Source of the DNA: Euryarchaeota archaeon UBA170
GTDB taxonomy: Archaea; Thermoplasmatota; Poseidoniia; Poseidoniales; Thalassarchaeaceae
Assembly: GCA_002499345.1 (NCBI GenBank)
Contig: DALF01000019.1
Span: forward strand, 11,021 to 75,020
DNA length: 64,000 nucleotides
Reading direction: 5' to 3'
Shown here: positions 1 to 8,774 of the stretch, piece after piece
Numbering within the stretch: position 1 is the stretch's first letter
Layout: the number at the start of each line of letters is the position of its first letter
Translations under genes and position numbers: made by a program
The notes under the pieces: model-generated
Database searches by the model: none
What the model was told of the DNA's origin: nothing
The model's input: the letters and a program-made list of their open reading frames with translations, nothing else

Positions 1-618
1 TGGCATGGAGACCACAATTTTGGATTTCCATTCTTGATGCTCGATAGGAAGTATATCTCAAACAGAGATGCAAAAGTAGGTTTGGATGTATATCTAAGGC
101 CCGGGGGAAAAGATATTCTCTCAAGATTATGTAGATTGGGATTTCCTGGGAGTCTGGAGTCTCTGAATCAAATGCTAAGCTGGCACGAATCGGAGTATGA
201 GGTGATTGGTGAAACTGGTTGGAAATTCCATAGGTTTCCAGTTCTTCACAATCCAGAAACCGACCCTCATGGCTACGAACTGGTGCATGAATCTAACTTC
301 CGTCTACTCCACTGTGGCGATTCTGGACCCTGTGATGAAATTAATAATCGGGCAGAGAGAGCAGATGTAATTATCGTGGAGATGGGTATGCCGGATATTG
401 GGGAGTTCCCTCATCATCATCGTCCTTCGGACGTAATAGAATTGGCTTCCAGAAATCCTCATGCTAAGATTTTGGTTACACACAATTACTCTTCTGGGAA
501 AGGGTCCAAAGAAGGATTTATGATTCCAAATCTTCCTAGTACTATTTGTCAGTTGGAAGATGGAGATAGCTTGGTTATTGATGAAGAAGGATTATTCGAA
601 GTTATAAGAAAAAAATAG
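1..618 (+). CDS. MBL-fold metallo-hydrolase (RNase Z-like), 5' partial
   Basis: Frame 1 is open from base 1 and reads WHGDHNFG (tail of the HxHxDH motif). It later contains HCGDSGPC, a His cluster (PHHHRP) and LVTH, all typical of RNase Z/MBL proteins. Confidence 0.8.
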   Translation, partial: WHGDHNFGFPFLMLDRKYISNRDAKVGLDVYLRPGGKDILSRLCRLGFPGSLESLNQMLSWHESEYEVIGETGWKFHRFPVLHNPETDPHGYELVHESNFRLLHCGDSGPCDEINNRAERADVIIVEMGMPDIGEFPHHHRPSDVIELASRNPHAKILVTHNYSSGKGSKEGFMIPNLPSTICQLEDGDSLVIDEEGLFEVIRKK

Positions 619-1016
619 AAAAAATAACTAGCATATATACTAGGCAAAATATTTTGATGATCGGTCGAGCTTAATTTTCATAATCTAGAGCCTTCATGAT
701 TATACAATTGAGTCGTATGATAATTCAATACTGATTATATTACAATATGATTGTTATTTCATTCTAAGTGTAATAACTACATCTAGAAAAAATAAATGTT
801 ATCGTTGTACTGCTGATAAATTGAACACATAAAGATGGAGGGAGTGTAGAAAGTAAACTTCTATTCCACATAGTCTCACAAACCTAACATAAGCCTAATT
901 TCTACAGAGAGTCTTATTATCTCAAGCTTACTCGCTCTAACTCCACGTTTGCTAATAGACTACTCCAATGAGGAGTGGTGATGGTATGGAAGTGGGATGA
1001 CTTGGAGTGTTAAGAA
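619..1016. other. Candidate replication origin (oriC): AT-rich unwinding element plus degenerate mini-ORB-like repeats
   Basis: The largest non-coding gap in the window, very AT-rich at ~600-830 and directly upstream of cdc6. It has clustered (A/T)(C/T)TCCA / TGGA(G/A) motifs at 836, 863, 940, 962, 987 and 1003. Confidence 0.55.
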
Positions 1017-2255
1017 ATGGAGGGAAACATTTTCGAAAAGATTCTCGGTCAGGAGAGCCTGTTCGTCGATAGGAAAATCTTTGATCATGCCTTTGAACCC
1101 GACAGTCTTCCTCATAGAGGCGATGAAGTAGACTCTCTTGTTAGAAATTTAGTAGATGCATTGAATGGGCACATTCCCTCGAATATGCTCCTATACGGGG
1201 TCCCCGGTTCTGGAAAGACTGTAGTCACTAGATACGTTCTGTCTCAGCTTCTTGACAAAGGGGCAGAGATGGGTGAGCCAGTCTTCAGTTACGAGATAAA
1301 TTGCAGAAATATAGACACCAAGTACAGAGTGGTTCAGAACATTGCCTCCCGTCTATCCAGACGGGGAGACTCACTAATTCCATTCACGGGGTGGCCGACA
1401 GATAGGGTATTGGAGACTCTAGTTTCAAGGATGGATAGAGAAGGCGGAGTCCACATTATCGTTCTTGATGAGATAGATAACCTTGTGGCTAGAGCGGGAG
1501 ATGGTATACTGTACAATCTCACGAACTTGAACACGATCCTTAAGTCATCCAGATGTTGTATAATTGGAATCAGTAATGACTTACACTTCACACAGCATCT
1601 TGATCCAAGAGTAAGTTCCAGATTGAGTCAGGAAGATTTGGTTTTCCATCCTTATGGGGCAATTCAGATTCAGGATATATTGGAAGAGAGGATTCTTTTG
1701 GGACTCAGGAATAATTCTTTGGATGGCGGAGTTATTGAGCTATGCTCTGCATTGGCGGCTCAAGAACATGGAGACGCCAGGAGGGCGCTAGACCTCCTCA
1801 GGATTTCTGTACAAAAGGCAGAGCAGCAGGGTCATGATATGGTCTCTCCTTCACATGTCAGGCTTGCACAGAGTCAACTTGAATACGATCAAGTCACACC
1901 GGTTCTCAAGACTCTTCCCCTGCATCAGAAACTGGTACTATTCTCTATCAAACTGAATGAAGAGAATGGCCTTAGAAATATCAGCACCGGGGAAGTGTAC
2001 AGAACCTACTCTGACGCCTGCTTGAAAATAGGTGTTGAACCGTTGACAGCGAGACGAATTTCTTCTCTCCTGAATGAGCTGGATACGCTCGGAATGATAA
2101 TGGCGAGGAATGTCAGCAAGGGAAGGGGAGGAAGGAGCAAGCAAGTTAACTCCGCGGTACCTAGTGGAATAGATGTGATACATACTTTGAGTAAATCTGA
2201 GCCATTGATTGCTCAAGCATCTGAAGAAAAATACGCTCTTCAAAGCAGATTATGA
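1017..2255 (+). CDS. cdc6: Orc1/Cdc6 replication initiation protein
   Basis: Walker A GVPGSGKT, INC motif, Walker B IIVLDEID, GDARRALDLLR, and a C-terminal winged helix (SKGRGGR). Confidence 0.97.
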   Translation: MEGNIFEKILGQESLFVDRKIFDHAFEPDSLPHRGDEVDSLVRNLVDALNGHIPSNMLLYGVPGSGKTVVTRYVLSQLLDKGAEMGEPVFSYEINCRNIDTKYRVVQNIASRLSRRGDSLIPFTGWPTDRVLETLVSRMDREGGVHIIVLDEIDNLVARAGDGILYNLTNLNTILKSSRCCIIGISNDLHFTQHLDPRVSSRLSQEDLVFHPYGAIQIQDILEERILLGLRNNSLDGGVIELCSALAAQEHGDARRALDLLRISVQKAEQQGHDMVSPSHVRLAQSQLEYDQVTPVLKTLPLHQKLVLFSIKLNEENGLRNISTGEVYRTYSDACLKIGVEPLTARRISSLLNELDTLGMIMARNVSKGRGGRSKQVNSAVPSGIDVIHTLSKSEPLIAQASEEKYALQSRL

Positions 2256-2313
2256 TTTTTCTTCACTCAGACAATGATTATACAGAAGTCCTAAGTCCCC
2301 GAGGCGTTGAACT

Positions 2314-2829
2314 ATGACTGACTCGGAATGGATGGATTCTTTGACACGCCCCAGTAAGACCGTGTCTGCTGCATTGGCACTGCTGGGCTCGTGGATTGTT
2401 TTCCTCGCTGTGGTTAATGTCTCAATAGGTGCCTACTCAGAAGGAAGGAAAGTCTTGTGGATAGACTTCTTCACTGGAGTCAGAGATTCCTCAACTACAG
2501 ATATGGCCTTAGTGATAGATGATGGCATGTTTGGTTTTATTGGCTTGGCTATCATTGGATTGGGAGCTATGGGGATGAATAATACTCATGAGTCTGGATT
2601 TAGTGGCTGGCTAAGAGGTTTACCAAGCTGTATTGTTGGGTGTTTATTTTCTTCCGAAAGAAGTACTAATGAGCTGATTTCTAGTTGGCTGGTCGCTCTT
2701 GGCGTCTTATTCTACCTTGCATGGAGTGTAATGGAGTATACTTGGGTAGATCCAGGAGTTTACTCGGTTGCAGCTGTTTTAGTGTCTTTCGGAGTTGGGA
2801 TTGGGTTTCTAGAAGAGTCCTCAAATTAG
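2314..2829 (+). CDS. Hypothetical membrane protein (4 TM)
   Basis: 171 aa with four hydrophobic segments. Confidence 0.75.
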   Translation: MTDSEWMDSLTRPSKTVSAALALLGSWIVFLAVVNVSIGAYSEGRKVLWIDFFTGVRDSSTTDMALVIDDGMFGFIGLAIIGLGAMGMNNTHESGFSGWLRGLPSCIVGCLFSSERSTNELISSWLVALGVLFYLAWSVMEYTWVDPGVYSVAAVLVSFGVGIGFLEESSN

Positions 2830-2832
2830 GGT

Positions 2833-3870
2833 TTAATTTGAGTTTACATCCATAGAACCTAGTAGATCCCTACATCTAGACTTTGAATCCAAATCAGTTA
2901 GTCTGATTACTACCCCTCTACCTGGCTGTCCATAGAGAATTACTGCTCCCAATGGAGCTAGTGGATGTAATATCAAAGGTGCTAGATCTTCCTCCCCCTC
3001 TACGATAATGAGGGTCGATTCTGAGTTTTCTTTATTTTCATTATATCCAAATTTCGTCATAGATTGAAAGCAACAATGGTATAATTCGGGAGTTATAGAT
3101 CCTGCTGGATTACGGCACTTTAACACACAATCGTATAGATTTTCATCTATTTCTGAAGCTTGATCCCATCTCTTACGCTTTGTCATTCCATCGATAATCG
3201 CTATATCTGCTGGTTTGTTCAAGTCCTGTAGAGTTTTCACTGTCACATCCCCTACTGCTATTATCGGACCATGTTCATTGGAGATTCTTTCTAAAACATT
3301 AATCATGGCATTCTCTGGTTTATTCTCATCCCCTTCAACTAGGAGTCCAAAGGGAGTTTTCAGCTTCTCCTCTACCACTGAATTAAGCGATATAGTAGAT
3401 TTTCCAATTTCCTCATTTAACCAAGCCCTACCGTCCCTGTCTGTGAGTCCCATTCTGATATTTGTACTAGAAACGACCTCTCCGTTACTATCCAATATGG
3501 GGTCGACAATTATTGTATGGAGAGTATTCAATTTATTTTGAGCCCTGATTTTATTTATTTCATCGCAGTTGGATATTGTTTCACGTGTACAAATAATTAC
3601 TTCCGCGGATTCATGCGAAGGTGCGGGGCCGTATTCATCTTCAAGAACATGGAAAGACACTCTATGTTGTAACTCGGGAGACAGTGATTTCATAATGAGT
3701 TCCTTTCTATCATCCCATGACCCTATTCTCTTATCCTTCCTTTTTGCTAAGATATCACTTGTCATCCATATCTCTAACATATCGCATTCATTGAGTCCGA
3801 TTTCCAGTAATTTTTGATGCCCTACGTGGAATCTATCGAAGGTCCCCCCAACTAAACCCAATGACATCAT
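2833..3870 (-). CDS. coaD: Fused phosphopantetheine adenylyltransferase (CoaD) / DUF359 GTP-dependent dephospho-CoA kinase
   Basis: N-terminal GGTFDRFHVGH (HxGH) and SSTNIR; C-terminal DUF359 motifs AVGDVT, IIDGMTKR, NPAGSIT, VEGEEDLA and YGQPGRG. Start moved from 3945 to the ATG at 3870. Confidence 0.92.
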   Translation of the reverse strand: MMSLGLVGGTFDRFHVGHQKLLEIGLNECDMLEIWMTSDILAKRKDKRIGSWDDRKELIMKSLSPELQHRVSFHVLEDEYGPAPSHESAEVIICTRETISNCDEINKIRAQNKLNTLHTIIVDPILDSNGEVVSSTNIRMGLTDRDGRAWLNEEIGKSTISLNSVVEEKLKTPFGLLVEGDENKPENAMINVLERISNEHGPIIAVGDVTVKTLQDLNKPADIAIIDGMTKRKRWDQASEIDENLYDCVLKCRNPAGSITPELYHCCFQSMTKFGYNENKENSESTLIIVEGEEDLAPLILHPLAPLGAVILYGQPGRGVVIRLTDLDSKSRCRDLLGSMDVNSN

Positions 3871-3914
3871 CGACACCCTGCTAGAGGAATAAGTCTTGAG
3901 GGCTTTGGAAGAAT

Positions 3915-4200
3915 GTGTGCCCCGGGGCGTAACGGCGGCCTTCACAGCTGAGCTCGGGCGCCTGACCCACCCCGGGACGTCTGTCGGACAATGGGGTAGT
4001 CCCTTGATTCATCCCCAATGGGTCCTCAGGGGACCTAACACGGTCCGGCCACCTGATTTGCGCCAGTGATCATTTCGTCACAGACGATCCCACTGGTCTT
4101 CGACAGATGGCTACCCAAACGTGGTACCATGTTTCATCCTCAACCTCCGGCGAGGGGGTTTTGTCAACATGGTGTTGCCGTTGGGCGTTTCTCCGCACCC
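3915..4200 (-). ncRNA. Unidentified structured ncRNA (~285 nt) with K-turn(s)
   Basis: GC-rich intergenic island with many nested complementary segments and a canonical K-turn hairpin on the minus strand. A GTCAA promoter-like box lies 23 nt upstream. See findings. Confidence 0.7.
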
Positions 4201-4233
4201 AATGTAGGAAATGAACCCCCCGGTTGACAAATT

Positions 4234-6849
4234 CTATTCGAATGTAGATTTTGATAACAGACCCTCGTGAAATCCTGATGACTTCAGGAGTAGTCTTTCA
4301 ACTACATTCTTGTCGCCTTTTATTATTGAATCAGTTGTGAAATTAGGCCATTTGTAGAGAGGCTGTCCCAGCCACCCCACCAAAGGATGGGTCTTACCTA
4401 TTCCTGGAGGCCTATTCTCATTAATTGCATTCAGAGACTCTAGGAGGTCTGTGAGAGCTTCGGCTCCATTGGGAATCTCTTCCTTTACTCTGAATCTACG
4501 AGACAAAAGACCTCTAATTTTAGGTCCGCATCCATCGTATTGCAAGTCATTATTGAAGGGGAATTCACTTTTTGTACCAATGGGCCTCAAGATTGCCGCT
4601 GACCATGATATATCCCTTTCAATTAGCCAAGAAAATATCTTATCCTCCTGAAGCGCCCATTCCAGTAAATCAGAGGAGATATGCGCCCACCATTCCATAG
4701 GTAGATTATTGATAATCTGCTCTGCATGTTCAATCGTGGGCTCCTCCTGCCCGGTAATTATTTGGTTCAATGTAGACCATGTTTTAATATCATGGCCAAA
4801 TGGTAAATCAACGGCCCTAGAAAGTATTTTTTCCAGTATTACTCTAGTCCTTTCCTCTGAAAAGTTATGATTTGAAGAAATTAACCATAACAATCCTTGC
4901 AGAGTCTTGACAGAGCGAGTGGGAGGATTAGCTAGCCATACTTCTAGTGCCCAGTCCAGTAAATCTCCATGTAGAGATTCGGGTAACCAAGCTGAGTTCG
5001 CCAATAATTGTGATGCGACCCAAGATGAGCCTCTGGTGGCATTCATTGAATCTATCGTAGGCCTTGATCTAAGTGCAGAATTCTGATCAGAACGAAGTAG
5101 CCTGGTAAATTCTTTAGAGAATAGATCCAAGACCGATTGTGGCGCTACATTGGCAACTTCCGAAAGCCCCTCCAGGGGGAGGAAATCAAAATCTAGTATT
5201 GAAAGCCACTCGGGATCAAGTCTAGAGCTCAGCCTCTGCCACCTAGGCCATCTAGAACGTGGGGTTGATGCGATCCATGATGCGATCGGATATCTGGCTT
5301 CCATCCTATTTGCCCAGTCCTCATTTCCCTCAGGGTATTGAGATATTGCAGACTTGATTATTGACATATATTCCCGATCTTCAATGTTAGAGACTAAGGC
5401 CTGAAGTTCACTGGTAATATGATCATTCTTTTTCCCTGTGATTGAAATATCGTGAGGATTGGGAGAATGAAGTACTGGGTCTACGATTCTTACTGGCATC
5501 TCCCTGCCTCCACTGGTTCTAAGGCTCATCCAAGGAAGTGGCCTGAGTGCATCGATAGTCAGAGTATCTAAATTCAAAAAGGATTGGAATCTTTTTTCGA
5601 CAAGTGCCATCCTTAAATTTTCACTAGAGGACACCAAATTTAGTAAGTCCTTGGAGGCATCTTTTGGAATATCGATAACCAAGGGAGAGGTTCCTTCTGT
5701 AGAAATTGCCCATCTAGTTAGTGATTCTGAAGCCGCCTTCCCTAGGCCCCTAGTATCCAAAAGTCTGGGCGACATATCTGATGAAGAGAACTCTGAATTG
5801 CCCCAGTCCTGTCTGAATCTCCTCCATGTTGAGTCTTCAGTCCTGACTCTTCTTGTTCCTAATACTCTGTCTTTCAATGCTTGGCATCTTCTTGATCTCT
5901 CTGATTCAGAGAGGCGTGGGTGAGCTATAGAAATCCAGTGTTCCAGAGACTCAATGGGATATTTCTCTCCTTCTGACTCGAACCCACTGAGATCGGCGAT
6001 AATCAATGAGCCATTCCTAGATGCCTTGAGTAGCATGGACCTTGGAAGTCTTTCAGATACCACGGCTATCATAGGTGAAGAGGGCCTGATGTCTGGGGCC
6101 ATATCGTGACATCTTGCAAGAACCCATTGGCCCCTGTGCATGGATGCTTCAGGGAGTGGGGGCTTTGGTCTGTGAATCGGTCCTGAGAACCATTTTCCGG
6201 GTGCTATGGCGATAGGCCGTCCCTCTTCTAACAGCTTAGCCCTGATAATGCCAATAACCGATTCACTCTCTGAAAATGTTTCAATTTTTTCCTTATCATA
6301 TACTGGAGGAGCCGCCCTATATTCATTGGTTGCCAAGTCGATCCATCTTGGTGACCTTTCCTTCAGAACCGCCCAGCTCCAAGGAACCCCCTCAGTTCCA
6401 CTGGAGAATTGTTCCATTTCTATTTCTCGTGGGGGCCTGTCGGGAATTGGCATCAGAGGAGAAGAAGGTTGTACTGACAACCCCAATAAAAGATTAGGAC
6501 CATCACGGAAAAGTATGCAATAGTCTCCTCGTTCTCTTGAGATCGGAATTGCCTCTGAGGCTAGTGCCAATTCATCTGACTTTATTGCTAACCATCCTGA
6601 TTCAGTGAGATGTAGTTTTGCTCCTCTGCTTCCAGGTGGCATATCGCTGTCTACCAGTGTAGCGTTTCTTAGCCTCCTGATCTCTGCTGAAGCATGGGGA
6701 ACTCTGATTCCAGTTGCAGTGGCTATCTCACTTACTGTGAATCTACCCTCTGCAAGAAATCCGAGGATTCGTCTCTTATTCCTACTTCTAATTTTTGAGG
6801 GCGAAATTATTTCGTCGGTATTCACGAGGAATTTGGAATCATCCGACAT
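4234..6849 (-). CDS. Large hypothetical protein with N-terminal winged helix-turn-helix (ArsR/MarR-like)
   Basis: N-terminal RRILGFLAEGRFTVSEIATATGIRVPHASAEIRRLR...LHLTESG is a wHTH. The remaining ~780 aa are Trp-rich and I do not recognise them. Confidence 0.75.
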   Translation of the reverse strand: MSDDSKFLVNTDEIISPSKIRSRNKRRILGFLAEGRFTVSEIATATGIRVPHASAEIRRLRNATLVDSDMPPGSRGAKLHLTESGWLAIKSDELALASEAIPISRERGDYCILFRDGPNLLLGLSVQPSSPLMPIPDRPPREIEMEQFSSGTEGVPWSWAVLKERSPRWIDLATNEYRAAPPVYDKEKIETFSESESVIGIIRAKLLEEGRPIAIAPGKWFSGPIHRPKPPLPEASMHRGQWVLARCHDMAPDIRPSSPMIAVVSERLPRSMLLKASRNGSLIIADLSGFESEGEKYPIESLEHWISIAHPRLSESERSRRCQALKDRVLGTRRVRTEDSTWRRFRQDWGNSEFSSSDMSPRLLDTRGLGKAASESLTRWAISTEGTSPLVIDIPKDASKDLLNLVSSSENLRMALVEKRFQSFLNLDTLTIDALRPLPWMSLRTSGGREMPVRIVDPVLHSPNPHDISITGKKNDHITSELQALVSNIEDREYMSIIKSAISQYPEGNEDWANRMEARYPIASWIASTPRSRWPRWQRLSSRLDPEWLSILDFDFLPLEGLSEVANVAPQSVLDLFSKEFTRLLRSDQNSALRSRPTIDSMNATRGSSWVASQLLANSAWLPESLHGDLLDWALEVWLANPPTRSVKTLQGLLWLISSNHNFSEERTRVILEKILSRAVDLPFGHDIKTWSTLNQIITGQEEPTIEHAEQIINNLPMEWWAHISSDLLEWALQEDKIFSWLIERDISWSAAILRPIGTKSEFPFNNDLQYDGCGPKIRGLLSRRFRVKEEIPNGAEALTDLLESLNAINENRPPGIGKTHPLVGWLGQPLYKWPNFTTDSIIKGDKNVVERLLLKSSGFHEGLLSKSTFE

Positions 6850-7107
6850 GATTTACCACCATTGAATCATTCCACATTAGTTATTTGTAATAAAATCATC
6901 TGAATAGTTACATTTTATTACATATTTCTATTGGAGAAGTGGTAGGTTCCATTTCAACACCGAATACTTACACCGTAATTATGCTATTTACCGTGATGAT
7001 AGGTAACTAAAGTTGGCTATATCGTACAGAACGGTTATATCAGTGTCTGCTATCCTGTGTACATCGGGTAAGTAACGGGGACCGGTAATCAGGAGAGACG
7101 GGAAGAT
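6850..7107. promoter_or_regulatory. Divergent AT-rich control region with repeated TTAC/GTAA motifs
   Basis: 11 TTAC/GTAA tetramers in ~240 bp, including the palindrome TTACACCGTAA (6968-6978). It lies between divergent genes that all encode putative DNA-binding proteins. Confidence 0.5.
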
Positions 7108-7380
7108 ATGACATCGGATAATATCCGAAAAATGATCAGGAAGTTCGTTTCAGAGAGGCCTAGAAATACGGCCGAAATAGCTAATTGGTTAGAAGGAAGG
7201 TCAGAATTTGGAGATACACACAACGATATCTCAGGTGTACTAGAATCTGACAGATCGATAATCAGAATTGGCACAATTAGGAGAAGCGGCATTTCTGGTC
7301 GCGAGTACCCACTATCAGAATGGGCAACTGAAGAGTGGGTAGCTCATCATGAGCGTGAAAAGCCCGTTAAGGAGGAGTAA
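7108..7380 (+). CDS. Small DUF3860-like wHTH DNA-binding protein (paralog 1)
   Basis: IRKFVSERPRNTAEI...RSGISGREYPLSEWAT aligns by eye with the downstream paralog and the DUF3860 pattern. Confidence 0.7.
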   Translation: MTSDNIRKMIRKFVSERPRNTAEIANWLEGRSEFGDTHNDISGVLESDRSIIRIGTIRRSGISGREYPLSEWATEEWVAHHEREKPVKEE

Positions 7381-7383
7381 AAA

Positions 7384-7638
7384 ATGAGAACTACAAGACT
7401 TAGGCAAAAAATCAAGAAATTCCTGCACTCGAGAGGTGAGGCCAATACTACCGAAATCCTAGAACATGTGAATACAACAATGAGGCATGGTACCACTCCC
7501 CAACAACTTGGAAACGTTCTCTCCAAGGACAAAGATATCATGAAGGTTGCAACCACTAAGAGGGGTGGTGCCTTATCCGGGCGGTATGAAATATGTGTCT
7601 GGCAACTAAGACCTGGAGTTCTCGACGGGGAGAACTGA
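7384..7638 (+). CDS. Small DUF3860-like wHTH DNA-binding protein (paralog 2)
   Basis: MRTTRLRQKIKKFL...NTTEILEHVNTTMRHGTTPQQLGNVLSKDKDI...LSGRYEICVW matches my recollection of the conserved Thermoplasmatota DUF3860 family. Confidence 0.8.
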   Translation: MRTTRLRQKIKKFLHSRGEANTTEILEHVNTTMRHGTTPQQLGNVLSKDKDIMKVATTKRGGALSGRYEICVWQLRPGVLDGEN

Positions 7639-7693
7639 TTCTCCCCTCCAGAATCAAAGATCTACCAGTCCCACATAGCTCCTGACGCTGAAT

Positions 7694-8710
7694 TTAGATT
7701 TCTAAATCTGCGGACCAGTTGCCACTTCGAGCGAGACTATTCATCTTGGCCCGATGTACAAAGGCATTCTGACTTTCTGTCTTGGAATCGTTCGCCCAAG
7801 TCTGCAGCGCGTGTGCGAGTAGGGCTCTTCCATAGGAGTAGGACAATTGCCAAGGGTGTTCAATATCCATAGAATTCATCAAATTAAGATGAGCAGTTGC
7901 ATCTTCGTCAGATTGACCTCCTGACAGGAATACAACTCCCTCGACCTCCTCGGGAACATTCTTGGAAAGGCACTCTACAGTAAGATCGGCTACCTCTTCC
8001 CTGGAAATCTGTTCCCCTGATTCCTTTCCGGCCATTATCATGTTTGGCTTGAGTAGAGTCCCGGGCAGGTGGACTCCTTGATTTCTACAGTCTATGAATG
8101 TCTGAGAAAGAATTTCAGAAGTAACCTGATAGCACCTCTCTGCATTGTGGTCCCCCTCCATGAGGACCTCTGGCTCAATTATGGGAACTAATCCTTGCTC
8201 TTGGCAAATTGATGCATACCGGGCCAAGGCATGCGCATTCGTGGAGATATTGGCTGAACTAGGCATATTTTGTCCAATCTTAATGACAGCGCGCCACTTG
8301 GCGAATCGTGCCCCCATAGAGAAATACTCGGCACATCTATCCCTGAGTCCGTCTAGTCCTTCTGTGATTTTCTCACCTGAATAATTAGCTAGATCTTTTG
8401 CCCCGGTGTCGACCTTGATTCCAGGGTGGACTCCTCTGCTCGCTAGATACTCTGGAATAGGGGTTCCATCGTCCATGGCCTGACGGATTGTTTCATCGAA
8501 GAGAATGACTCCACTTATGGCGGACTCATATCCCTCTGTTGCAAATATGTTAGCCCTGTATTTCCTTCGAGTCTCGGGAGATGGTTCGATACCAACTGCC
8601 TCCAATCTACTGGACATTGTTCCATTGCTTTCATCTGCGGCCAGAATTCCCTTCCCAGATGCTACCAATTCTCTTGCTGTATTCTCAAGAAGTTGCTTAT
8701 CCATATCCAC
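7694..8710 (-). CDS. fba: Class I fructose-bisphosphate aldolase (eukaryote/bacterial glycolytic type)
   Basis: KGILAADES, GIKVDTG, FAKWRAV, VPIIEPEV, LLKPNM (Schiff-base Lys), FLSGGQS and SYSYGRAL. Confidence 0.96.
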   Translation of the reverse strand: MDMDKQLLENTARELVASGKGILAADESNGTMSSRLEAVGIEPSPETRRKYRANIFATEGYESAISGVILFDETIRQAMDDGTPIPEYLASRGVHPGIKVDTGAKDLANYSGEKITEGLDGLRDRCAEYFSMGARFAKWRAVIKIGQNMPSSANISTNAHALARYASICQEQGLVPIIEPEVLMEGDHNAERCYQVTSEILSQTFIDCRNQGVHLPGTLLKPNMIMAGKESGEQISREEVADLTVECLSKNVPEEVEGVVFLSGGQSDEDATAHLNLMNSMDIEHPWQLSYSYGRALLAHALQTWANDSKTESQNAFVHRAKMNSLARSGNWSADLEI

Positions 8711-8774
8711 TACCGAATGCTACGACCGAGTTATGAGAAATTAATCCATCGTTGAAAGGATTTGTTAAGAAGAG

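Noticed and set aside
3871..3945. N-terminal extension MKAAVTPRGTHS... of the 370-aa CoaD ORF
   Set aside because: It runs into the 3' end of the structured RNA. CoaD homology starts at the ATG at 3870/3867, which has its own promoter-like box.
3915..4200. Assigning the RNA as RNase P RNA, SRP RNA or a T-box leader
   Set aside because: Size fits and fragments are reminiscent (ACAAAA...GAUGAAAC; UGGUACCACG). However, the P4 motifs and SRP helix-8 motif are absent, and the UGGUACC is sequestered in a helix with no terminator. Left unassigned.
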